Shown: positions 49,101-60,143 of the stretch, in pieces
How the letters are laid out: each line of letters begins with the position of its first letter
Numbering within the stretch: position 1 is the stretch's first letter
Origin: Azolla caroliniana
Taxonomy: Eukaryota; Plantae; Polypodiophyta
Length of the DNA stretch: 64,000 nt
Reading direction: 5' to 3'
NCBI GenBank assembly: GCA_043228905.1
Contig: JBHGNT010000017.1
Location: forward strand, 12,834,001 to 12,898,000
Notes under the pieces: generated by a model
Database searches by the model: none
Told to the model about the DNA's origin: nothing
What the model saw: only the letters and a program-made list of their open reading frames with translations
Program-made: the position numbers and the translations under genes

Positions 49101-49685
49101 AATAACAGCACCCCATCCTCCTCGACATAAGAGAGACACCATTCAAGTTCGGGGTAATCCTTATATTTCACCTCAACCGTTTTCTCCTCTTGCGTACTAC
49201 CTTTGTTGATTTTGGTAGTAGCCACAGATGACTTGGATCCTCCTTCCCCCGTTGAGTCAAATAAATTCTTTTTACTCGTGTCCTTCATGAAGGAGCCAGA
49301 ATCTCGTTTTGTCGGAGATCGAATCTTCAATCTAAATGAAGGAACTTTTTGTCTGGGTTCACTGAAATTAAAAACGTTGGTGAAAACATAGAAACAATGT
49401 ACAATTTCATCTAAATCACGCAAATTATCATTTAAATTACGTCAATTTTATGGTCCCATGCGATAGTTTTTTATCGCAAAAACAACATTTTTTTCAACCG
49501 AAATCCGATGCAGTGCATCGGATTTCGGTTGAAGGTCCTGCCTTTCAGAATTGCTTTCCAAGTTCGTTGTACAAAATAAAATAAAATTTCTATGTGTTGA
49601 GGAAAGGTATCTTTAAGGAATCTTTAGGAATCTTAAAAAATGTAATGAATATTACTAACCTGACGATTTTCTTTCCCTTGTTCAT
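46150..49685 (-). pseudogene. Six-exon gene for a ParB-like domain fused to a beta-class N6A/N4C DNA methyltransferase
   Basis: Exons 49685-49660, 49361-47722, 47639-47501, 47432-46969, 46879-46590, 46499-46150; all introns GT-AG and phase-compatible; motifs YYVIGGSHSAEARRQL, LLIANIPYG, PYQKPQRLINRLIEFFSNPDDWVLDLFSGTGTT; one frameshift (~49055) and two stops (48765, 47931). Confidence 0.85.
49493..49533. repeat. Perfect 41-bp palindrome (20-bp arms)
   Basis: TTCAACCGAAATCCGATGCA-G-TGCATCGGATTTCGGTTGAA. Confidence 0.95.
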
Positions 49686-49981
49686 GGTTCGTGCCGAAGG
49701 TAGTGCTGTCCACGATGTGCTTCTGAGTGCTCGAAAATTGGCCTGTGCTCTGAGCTCGATGGATTCTTTCACGTGATAATGAAAATGAAATTTCTAACCT
49801 CCTTATATAGAAGACTTTAGCATTATTTTTAAAATAAGAAATAATTTTTAATTATTTTTTTTTAGGAAAATTTCGGAAAATAATATAGTTAATCTAAGTG
49901 TTCGGGTAGTTATATAGTTAGGCTTCAGCATTCCTTAATTTTCTCAAAAGAAGGTTTTAGAATACAGTTAGACTCCCTCAA

Positions 49982-50542
49982 ATGTCTTCTTCTACAAGTA
50001 CAACATCTCTTTTTTCTATTGCCCCCTTTTCATTGTCAGATAACTCGTATTTCTCAATAGAAGAGTACGACCACAAAAAACATTTGCGGCTTAAACAGAA
50101 AAGTGTGGCTCCTAGTACTTCGAATTCTCTGTTTTCAATTGATCCTGTTGATGGCCCTCTTCATGCAAGCTTACAAGTGGACGATTCTTCGTCGATAGAT
50201 AACAATAGCATTACTAAACCTCTAGCATTTAAAAGAGTTCCTCGACAAGTTAGTGAAAAGAGATTTAATTTCTTATGTTCTGATCGTCAACTTCTATGCG
50301 ACTTGAACAAATCGTGTTGTGCGAATTTCTGTCTATCAACTTATGGAAAGTCAAGGTTACGTGAAACACGACAAAAATACTTGTCGCTTAATGGGGAAGA
50401 GCAAGATACATTTCTTCTTGCGCATATGCAACTTAAATTGGATCACAAAGCAGGGCCTAATTCAACACAAATTGAATATTTCCTTGGACTATATACCAAG
50501 TGTTGTCGAGCAGCTTCTAAAATCACACTGTTCTGGATGTAA
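49982..50542 (+). pseudogene. Transposase N-terminal part (Cys-rich), out of frame with the core
   Basis: SCCANFCL...RQKYLSLNGEEQDTFL...KCCRAA, directly upstream of the transposase core. Confidence 0.65.
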
Positions 50543-50606
50543 GGGTCAAATTGGGCAACAGGCAATTAGGTGGATGTAGGTATATTTTTCAAAACAGTGC
50601 GAAGTT

Positions 50607-52577
50607 ATGCCAACGACAGGAAGACTTCATTTGTCAGATAACTTTACTCGAAGGGAAGTTTACCAATCGTACAAGGACGACATGTCTTCCGATGTTGAGC
50701 CTTACATACAGTACAAGCATTTTAATCGACTATGGAGGTTACAATTTAATAACGTGGTTATCCCACGAAAGGTGCGAATGGGAGTCTGCTCAATATGTGT
50801 GAGTTTAAAAAGTATGGCCAAGGGTGGAAAATCAGATGTAGAGATCAAGAATTACAAGAACCTGTTAAAAGAACATCGTGAAAGTCAAGCATTGGAACGT
50901 ACTAAGGCTATGCATCACCGACAAAAAGCGTTTCAATCTCCCGAAAAGTATATGTGCATGATTATTGACGGCCTGGATCAAAAGAAAACTTGTTTGCCGC
51001 ATTTTCAAAGACTCCCCAAGGATATTGGAGATGAGTGTCTCGTGCAAATGCATCTAGTGGGTTGTTTGACATACTGTCAAACTATAAGACCGCAAGTGTT
51101 CTTAACTTATCCCAATATCCACAACGACCCTAATCTTACTGTCACTGTCATGCACAGGGTATTGCAATCATGGTTAGGTATACTCCCGCCAGTTCTATAT
51201 GTGCAACTAGACAACACAACAAGAGAGAATAAGAACTCAATTGTCTTCGGCTATCTAAGCATGCTAGTAGAGAGGGGCATATTTAAAAAGATAAAGGTTA
51301 ACTTCTTGTTGGTTGGTCATACCCATGATCACATAGATCAAATGTTCAGTAGGTTCTCAAAGAAACTTGGTCGCTGTAATGCTTTCACACTTCCCACGCT
51401 ATCCAAATTGATTAGTGAAGCATATACACCAAAGCCTGAAGTACAACACTTGGAAGAAGTATACGACTTTAAACGTTTCTGCATGGATAGTGATGGGACT
51501 AAAGGTAGGGTGCTTGCACCTCTTAATAATATAAGTTTCAACCATGTCTTCCTCATAAAACAAAGATCGGCCCACCTGAAGATGACGGTGTTGTTTGCGA
51601 AACAATACTCATCTAGTGCACAATGGGAGCCCCAAGAAGGTTGTACGCTCCTTCTTCATATCCCAGATGAACCTCTACATGGTGCACAACAAATGCCATA
51701 TGATGATCGTAAAAATGTAGCACCAAATAGTACTATTGATGAACAAAGGGCATATTGGTTGAGATGTCTAGCAGAGAAACAAAATAATATTGATCGGACT
51801 AAGAAGTATGCCGGTGATGAGGATGTTGAATGGTGGGAGATTTTCTTCACCCATCAACGCACCATTTTAGATAATTACATCGCCGGTTTATGGCCAATCC
51901 GTATCCCATTCACATGGAACATTGGGATGACATCAACGATATCGCAGACTCATCACCAACAATCGAATAATATGGAGCTTCATGATTTAGTTCGGCCACT
52001 GCAAAGAGATATTTATGTGGGACCAAGAAAGTCACGTACTGTTGAGGCAAGATGGCAAGGTAATTTGCAAGAACTACAAGTGGGAATGTTGGTTGCAACA
52101 TTAGCAGGGGACGATACCTTGGGCCATCCATTTTGGATTGCAAAAATTATTGAATTAGTAAGGGATGAAGAAAGTAGTCAGACAAAGTCAATAGTAGTCC
52201 ATTGGTATCAGACAAATTCAACTGATGCATTTACAGGAAAGTATTCTTTAGAGATGGTTAAGGATGTCGGATGTTCAAGCAGAAAGAGAAGAAGAAAGAA
52301 TATACCGAGCACGGCTACTCTCGCACTAGACCGTGTTGACATACTAGTATATGACTTCTCATTGACAAAATCAGGTCATCTAAGACAAGCAACTATCAAG
52401 ATAATAAAGGAGAAAATCCCAAACATGGTGTCAAACGAAATACAGAGAATAACCAGAAGCAATTCTCATAACCACAAAGATGTTGGGTTGGAATTGGATG
52501 AGGATAATGCTTTGATTGCCACTGATGATGAGGATGAGATGTCAGAAGGCTCTTTTAGTCCATCAGACATGTCTTAA
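50607..52577 (+). CDS. Putative DDE/D transposase core (Sola-like/DUF7869), 656 aa
   Basis: CSIC..., IIDGLDQKKTCLP, YVQLDNTTRENKN, FLLVGHTHDHIDQMFS; lies between TIRs. Confidence 0.8.
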   Translation: MPTTGRLHLSDNFTRREVYQSYKDDMSSDVEPYIQYKHFNRLWRLQFNNVVIPRKVRMGVCSICVSLKSMAKGGKSDVEIKNYKNLLKEHRESQALERTKAMHHRQKAFQSPEKYMCMIIDGLDQKKTCLPHFQRLPKDIGDECLVQMHLVGCLTYCQTIRPQVFLTYPNIHNDPNLTVTVMHRVLQSWLGILPPVLYVQLDNTTRENKNSIVFGYLSMLVERGIFKKIKVNFLLVGHTHDHIDQMFSRFSKKLGRCNAFTLPTLSKLISEAYTPKPEVQHLEEVYDFKRFCMDSDGTKGRVLAPLNNISFNHVFLIKQRSAHLKMTVLFAKQYSSSAQWEPQEGCTLLLHIPDEPLHGAQQMPYDDRKNVAPNSTIDEQRAYWLRCLAEKQNNIDRTKKYAGDEDVEWWEIFFTHQRTILDNYIAGLWPIRIPFTWNIGMTSTISQTHHQQSNNMELHDLVRPLQRDIYVGPRKSRTVEARWQGNLQELQVGMLVATLAGDDTLGHPFWIAKIIELVRDEESSQTKSIVVHWYQTNSTDAFTGKYSLEMVKDVGCSSRKRRRKNIPSTATLALDRVDILVYDFSLTKSGHLRQATIKIIKEKIPNMVSNEIQRITRSNSHNHKDVGLELDEDNALIATDDEDEMSEGSFSPSDMS

Positions 52578-54045
52578 TATATTGGTTTGGTTCAAGCTGG
52601 GGATTGTTTTACTACATGATCGGAAACTTTGTAAATTTGTTTTGGATGTAAACTCACAAATATGTATAATTGTAACTGGTAGACATGTTGTACATTATTT
52701 TGTAATTTTGGTGATGTATTTTTGGAGGCATTTTACTTATGACTCAAAGTGGTAGTCATGTTGAAATTCAATATATTTTGCCACCTTTTCTGAAAAGCTT
52801 TACGCATGCGTCATGTCTTTTTGAAAACTGCGTGCTTTTGTGCCCTTTTTCGACGTAGTGTTCTCATAATGCGACATATTACCTGTTTCAAATGACCCGG
52901 TGTTAAACCCCTTATGGGGCATGTAATGAGATATAGTTTTTTCCCCTCTTATTTTGGTGTCATTCTTATTTTCACTCTCTCCTTCTCTCTCTCTATCATA
53001 ACCCCCCTCGGGAGGGGGTGAAGCCATTCTAGGCTTCACCCCCCACCCCAACAACACTTTTGGCACGCCTGAACGGCCGACCCCCTTGAGAGGAAGTTTA
53101 TGCCTCACTCTCCTTCTCCATCTCTAATCTCTCTCTATCCCTCTCTCCGTCTCTGATTGTTTCTGTGTTAGAGAGTGTGCTTTGTGCATAAATTTTGAGT
53201 GTGAGAGCCAGCCTGTGATGGAGATTTCCACACTATCCCCTTGAGAGTCTCTCTCTCTGTCTCTCTCTCATCAAAGAGGCTCACACGCACCCCACACATC
53301 CATCCATGAGAGGCATCCATGCATGAGAAACGATGACGAAGAAGACAGAAAAAGAAGAACAAAGTACACAAATTAAAGAAGAAGCATCGAAGAGAGAAGA
53401 AGACAATGTCCCTATATTACATCGATGCAGAAACAATCCCCATTCATCCTCTTCTTCTTCACAGTTTCTTTGTGGACACAATGAACAATGCAGAAAAAGA
53501 TTCGCTCTTCCTACTCAACCAACAAACTATAGCTATCATCGAATCACAGATTCTTCTAAGAATTCTTGCCATCTCTAGCTTCTTAGACGGGATTCTTGCA
53601 TATCAAGAAGAAGAAGAAATTGAAAATTGTTGAATATTTCAGACAATTTCGTGTCAAAGGCAGGGGATTGATGGCAAAATGCATGAATGAGTCGGAAGTG
53701 CACCACAATCTACAACAGCACCGGGGTTAGGAACCACCTCATCCTCCCGCATAGCTTCTCTACCAGCGGCTCCGCCATGCACCAGGGCGGTGCCATGGCG
53801 TCGACTAGGAAGCTCTCCCTCTCCATCCATCTGACCGCTCAAAGATTTAACATCAAGAAGCCCACCAAGCGACGGCGAACGACGACGGCAGGAAGACGGA
53901 GAGGACTGGAAGAAGAGGAATATTGCGGACGATGCCGACAAAGACAATGGCGGAGATGGACAGAATGGCCAACCAACCAATGGTCGGACAGTGGCCGCAT
54001 CTGCAGTGGTTAGACTGGCCAGAATAGCTAAACAACAACCAAAGT

Positions 54046-54300
54046 GGTGGCAATCGAACAAAGGTGATTGTAGAACAGCGGCCGAATGACGGCGGGGATT
54101 TGCCGGACAGTGGCCGACGACGGCCGAGTAGTGGTTGAACAATGGCAATTGCCCGGACAGCAGCCGTAGTGGCGGCAATTGAACAACAGTGATTGCAAAA
54201 CAGCGGCCGAATGGCGGCGGTGATTTTGCCAGAAAGTGGCTGATAGCAGCCAAGTGTTGGTCGAACAATTGCAATTGCCCGAACAGCGGCTGAGTGGCGG
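54046..54300. repeat. Diverged ~125-bp tandem duplication in the non-autonomous LTR element
   Basis: GTGATTG..AACAGCGGCCGAATG..GAACAAT.GCAATTGCCCG occurs twice. Confidence 0.7.
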
Positions 54301-54395
54301 AGATGAATGGCCGAGAGCATGGCTGAGAGCACGGCTGAGAAGTGTGGCCAAGACTACGGTCAAGAAGCGTAGTCTAGAGTACAGCCGAGACGCGG

Positions 54396-57300
54396 TGATG
54401 AGGTATAGACACATAAGAGTGTAACACGCGTCACGTTTTATGCTCGATTATAATGAAAAAGAAACACAAGAAACACACACAATGACACAACAAAGATTAC
54501 ACAAGATTTAACGTGGAAAACCCCTCAATGAGGGAAACCACCACGGGACAAAAGTCCAAAACCAATCCACTATCACCAAAGAGATACAACACAAGTACAA
54601 ATTCTACTTCTAGATATACTAGAAGTAAGTAGAGATATGTAGCATAGTACTACCGACAAAGATGGTACAATAATCCAAAGGGATAAGATTATCTCTCAAG
54701 CATATAAGAGAAAAGAAGAGAGAAGAAAACCCGGATAAGAACGTCTACAAGTCGAAGTAGTAGCCGTGTAGATCTCACGTTGAGTAGTGGAGATGGAAAG
54801 GAGATTGGGAGTAGATGAGTTGAGCACCAAGCTTCACCAAGCTTCACTATGCTTCTCTATGCTTCACACTCCTCATACTTTTTGTTCTCACCTCTTCCCA
54901 TATATATATATATATATCTCCTTTCCACCCTCTCTTCTCTTTGTCTCTCTCAAAAACAAAAATGGTCGTTTTGTTTTGTTTTCCTCTTTATTATTATTAT
55001 TATTATTATTCTTTTCTTTCTTTACTCACTAAAAAACATAACTTACATTTACCCTTTTAAAGAAATAAAGTAAGGGTAATAATTACTAAAGAAACAAAAC
55101 TTTCGTTTTGTTTTATATTACTATCTAATAATAATAATAAATATTATTAAAAAAAAGAAAAGACAAAATAGTGACCGGATACATTAACAATCTCCCCCTC
55201 TGGTCACACAAGGAGAGAATTGCTTGTGTATCAATTTATCTCCATTCCGGCAAGCTTGGCACATAGCTCAAGCTTCTCCCTTGGAACCACCTTTGTTAGC
55301 ATGTCAGCAACGTTGTCATCAGTATGAACTTTATCTAGTTGCAACATTTGCTCCTCGATCGCCAATCGTAACCAATGATACCTTACATCGATGTGTTTTG
55401 TCCGTGAGTGATACATTGAGTTCTTGCTTAGGTCCATTGCACTTTGACTGTCACAAAAAACCACATAAGTTAATTGGCTCAAACCCAATTCTAAAAGAAA
55501 CCTTTTTATCCAAAGCATTTCTTTGCCAGCCTCAGTTGCTGCAATGTATTCAGCTTCTGTAGTGGACAAGGCAACACACTTTTGCAATTTGGATTGCCAT
55601 GATATAGCTCTCCCTGCAAAAGTAAATAAGAAACTGGATGTAGATTTCCTACCATCAAGATCTCCAGCCATGTCCACATTTGTAAAGCCTTCAAGAATTG
55701 GTTTAGAACCTCCAAAACAAATGCACAACTTAGATGTACCTCTCAAATACCGTAAAATCCATTTTACGGCATTCCAATGAGATTTACCAGGGTTAGAGAG
55801 ATACCTACTCACTGTACCAACTGCATGTGCAATATTTGGTCGTGTGCTAACCATAGCATACATTAAAGATCCAACCGCCGAGGCATAGGGAATCGATGAC
55901 ATCTCATCTCTTTCCTCCTCGGTAATTGGACAATATTTCCTACTCAATTTAAAGTGAGTGGCAAGAGGAGTACTTACTGGTTTCGAATATTGCATGTTGA
56001 ACCTTTTGAGGATTCTTTCTATGTACTATTCTTGTGAAAGCCACAATTTCTTTGATTCTCTATCACGAGTTATTTGCATACCTAAAATGTGCTTAGAAGG
56101 CCCTAAATCTTTCATGTCAAAAGTTTTAGATAACTCCACTTTTAACCTATTAATCATATTTAGGTCTTGCCCAACAATTAGCATATCATCAACATACAAA
56201 AGAAGTATAATAAAATTACCATCCTCAAATTGTTTAACATACATACAATGGTCCGCATTAGTTCTTTTATAACCTTGATTCACCATAAAAGAATCAAACT
56301 TTTTATACCATTGGCGCGGTGCTTGTTTTAGGCCATAGAGACTCTTTTTCAACCTACATACCAAATGTTCTTTCCCTTTCTCTTTAAAACCCTCCGGTTG
56401 TTCCATGTATATTTCCTCATCTAGGTCACCATGTAAAAAAGCAGTTTTCACATCTAATTGTTCAAGTTCAAGGTTTAAACTAGCTACCAAACCTAACACA
56501 ACTCGTATTGAGCTTAATTTCACAACTGGTGAGAAAATTTCGTCAAAATCAATTCCTTTCTTTTGACCATATCCTTTTACCACCAAACGAGCTTTATATT
56601 TTATAAAGTTATCATCACCCCTTTTTAACTTAAACACCCATTTATTTTTCAAAGCTCTCCTACCCTTAGGAAGTTCAACTAGCTCAAATGTGTTGTTCTT
56701 TTTCAAAGAATTAATTTCTTCATGCATGGCCTCTACCCAACTATCTTTGTCTTTAAGAGTTTGCACATCATGAAAACTTTCCGGTTCACCTTCATTAGTG
56801 AGTAGAGCATATCAGAACTAGGATACCTCGTGGATGATCGTCGTTCTCTTGTAGATCTCCTTAAAGGTTGATTTGCCACCTCTTGTAATGGAAGTTGCTC
56901 CCCCCGCTCAAGACCTGTCTCTGGCAAAACAACATCATTACTAGCATCATCTACAATCAACGGCTCACCAACATCCTCATGTTGCTCCTCTTGTTGTGAG
57001 GCACTCTCTTGTGTATCATCATCCATCATAGGAATTGGATCAATATCTACTAGGTCACCATCTAAAGAGGTACTTGACCTTTCCGCCTTGTCAATGTCCT
57101 CAATGGTTTGGTCTTCAATGAACACTACATCACGACTCCTAATAAGCTTCTTTCCCACAGGATCGTAACACCTATAACCAAAATCATCTTGACCATATCC
57201 AATAAAAATGCATTGTTTAGATTTAGCATCTGACTTCGATCTTTCATCCTCGGGTATATGTACAAAACACTTACACCCAAACACATGTAAGTAATCATAA

Positions 57301-60143
57301 GAGACATCTTTACCATACCACACTCTATTTGGTACATCACCTTGCAATGCGGTAATAGGAGATAGATTAATGATATGTGCAACAGTATTCAAAGCCTCAC
57401 CCCAAAATGATTTAGGTAACCTTGCATCTGAGAGTAAGCACCTAACTCTTTCAACTAGGGTTCTATTCATTCTTTCGGCCAAACCATTTAATTGGGGAGT
57501 CTTAGGAGGGGTTCTTTGATGTTTGATACCTTGCTCTCGACAATATGCATCAAAAGATCCACAGTATTCGCCACCATTATCGTTGCGAATACATTTCAGT
57601 TTCTTCCCTGTCTCTCTCTCAACAGAAACGTGAAACTCTTTAAAAACATCAAAAACTTGATCTTTTGATTTCAACATTCGAACCCAAAGCTTCCTAGAAT
57701 GATCATCAATGAAAGTAACAAAATAAAGTGCTCCACCCATTGACCTTACCTTCAAGGGTCCACACACATCAAAATGCACTAGCTCGAGTATACCTTTTTG
57801 TCGAAGAGAAGAATGCTTAAAGGAAACCCTCTTAGCCTTCCCTGCCAAACAATGATCACATGTATCTAACTTCACATCTTTTAAACCTGGTAGGACGTTC
57901 TTTTTTGCTAGAAAGTCAAGTCCCTTTTCACTAATATGGGACAATCTCTTATGCCACAATTTTGAAACATCTTGATTTTCAACTGCATTGATAAAGTTAG
58001 TAGAGACAGAAGCTTGCAAAAGATATAAACCATTGTGACAACATTTATTTACTTTTGCAACAATCAAAGAACCCTTACAGATTTTCCACTTACCATTTTG
58101 AGACGAATGGTTATAGCCCTCGTCGTCTAATGTACCTGTGGAGATTAGATCCAATCTAATATCGAGCACGTGTCGTACTTGATGTAGAATCAACTTGAAT
58201 CCCGTGTTGGTTTGCAAGCAAATGGTTCCTGTGCCGACTACCTTTACAAATCCATCATTCCCCATCTTCACAACACCATAGTCACCTGGAGTGTAAGATG
58301 AGAAAAAATTCCTTCTAGACGTAACATGGTGGGAGGCACCACTATCAAGAACCCAAGTGGTTTCATGGCTACTTATGTTAACTTCATTGTAACTTGTACA
58401 TACAACAAGTGAATCATTAGAGGAAGCAACATTAACATAATCGATATTGTCATTCACATTTTTCTTATCTTTCATGTAGTTCGACACTTTATTTTCCTTC
58501 TTCCATTTGAAACAATATTTCTTTATGTGACCTGTCTTACCACAAAAATGACAAACTAAATCTTTATATTTAGACTTTGACTTACTTCTACTTCTACCTT
58601 TGTTGTTTCGGTCATCACTCCTCTTTTGGCTTCTTCCTCTATTTTCAGCAACGAAGGCTTCCATGTTTGATGTTGCTCCTTGCGTCCTTCACCGCATTTC
58701 TTCATTTAGAATTCCACTCTTCACAAGTTCCATTGTCATACCTCCCTTAGGAGCCGCACTAGCTAGAGTAACCCTAAATGTTTCCCATGACTCGAGAAGA
58801 GTATTTAGCAACCATAAAGAAAGAACTTCTTCTTCAAAGTTTATACCCATGCTAGACAATTGATCAAAACATCCTTGAAATTCATTTAAATGATCTAAAA
58901 CCGACTTATTTTCTTTAAAAGTCAAATGCATCGCTTGTTTGAGTAAAAACAACTTATTATTACCGGTTCTAGAAGCATATAAGGTTTCGAATTTATTCCA
59001 CAAAGTCTTTGCATTTGTTTCATTCACAACATGATTCAAGACATTATCTCCTACCCATTGACGAATGAAACCACATACTTGTTCATTTTCAAAATCCCAT
59101 TCCTCATCATTTTTCTTTTCGGGTTTAATCTTTGCGAATATAAGTAAATGCATATTTTTAACGAAAAGCAAATCTTTCATTTTTCCTTTCCATTTTTGAT
59201 AGTTCGTGCCATTTAAAACAACCATTGTTGATGTGTTTGCCTCCATTTATAATTCAGCAAAAAAAAACACAACCTCCGCTCTGATACCACTTGATGAGGT
59301 ATAGACACGTAAGAGTGTAACACGCGTCACGTTTTATGCTCGATTATAATGAAAAAGAAACACAAGAAACACACACAATGACACAACAAAGATTACACAA
59401 GATTTAACATGGAAAACCCCTCAATGAGGGAAACCACCACGGGACAAAAGTCCAAAACCAATCCACTATCACCAAAGAGATACAACACAAGTACAAATTT
59501 TACTTCTAGATATACTAGAAGTAAGTAGAGATATGTAGCATAGTACTACCGACAAAGATGGTACAATAATCCAAAGGGATAAGATTATCTCTCAAGCATA
59601 TAAGAGAAAAGAAGAGAGAAGAAAACCCGGATAAGAATGTCTACAAGTCGAAGTAGTAGCCGTGTAGATCTCACGTTGAGTAGTGGAGATGGAAAGGAGA
59701 TTGGGAGTAGATGAGTTGAGCACCAAGCTTCACCAAGCTTCACCAAGCTTCACTATGCTTCACACTCCTCATACTTTTTGTTCTCACCTCTTCCCATATA
59801 TATATATATGCTTCTCTATGCTTCACACTCCTCATACTTTTTGTTCTCACCTCTTCCCATATATATATATATCTCCTTTCCACCCTCTCTTCTCTTTGTC
59901 TCTCTCAAAAACAAAAACGGTCGTTTTGTTTTGTTTTCCTCTTTATTTTTATTTTTATTTTTTTTCTTTTCTTTCTTTACTCACTAAAAAACGTAACTTA
60001 CATTTACCCTTTTAAAGAAATAAAGTAAGGGTAATAATTACTAAAGAAACAAAACTTTCGTTTTGTTTTATATTGCTATCTAATAATAATAATAAATATT
60101 ATTAAAAAAAGAAAAGACAAAATAGTGACCGGATACATTAACA
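54396..60143 (-). mobile_element. Full-length degenerate Ty1/copia (Tork/Tnt1-like), second family
   Basis: LTRs 54396-55189 and 59292-60143, perfect 5-bp TSD CGCGG, iMet PBS 59278-59289, PPT GAGGGGGAGAT 55190-55200. Confidence 0.97.
55231..59246 (-). pseudogene. copia gag-pol with two stops (58689, 56026) and a frameshift (~56805)
   Basis: CHFCGKTGHIKKYC, WVLDSGASHH, LWHKRLSH, DNGGEY, QLDVKTAFLHG, YVDDM, KHIDVRYHW. Confidence 0.93.

Larger units (their letters stand above)
45396..52904. mobile_element. TIR DNA transposon (Sola/DUF7869-like) carrying a ParB-DNA methyltransferase gene
   Basis: Perfect 33-bp TIRs AACACCGGGTCATTTGAAACAGGTAATATGTCG; 4-bp TSD AAAC (45392-45395 and 52905-52908); empty site TATATAAACCCCTTATG in the sister LTR at ~61096-61112. 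Confidence 0.95.

Noticed and set aside
49493-49533. Canonical bacterial parS site
   Set aside because: Does not match the TGTTTCACGTGAAACA consensus.
46150-49685. Bacterial contamination as the source of the methyltransferase
   Set aside because: The gene has GT-AG introns and sits inside a TSD-flanked element nested in plant retrotransposons.
45391-52908. 5-bp TSD (TAAAC) or CACTA-type reading of the DNA transposon ends
   Set aside because: A 5-bp TSD makes the termini asymmetric; starting at CACCG leaves AA/TT unexplained by the empty site; the protein is not TnpD-like.
53333-54424. Short ORFs in the interior of the non-autonomous LTR element
   Set aside because: Low-complexity repeat-derived translations with no recognisable domains.
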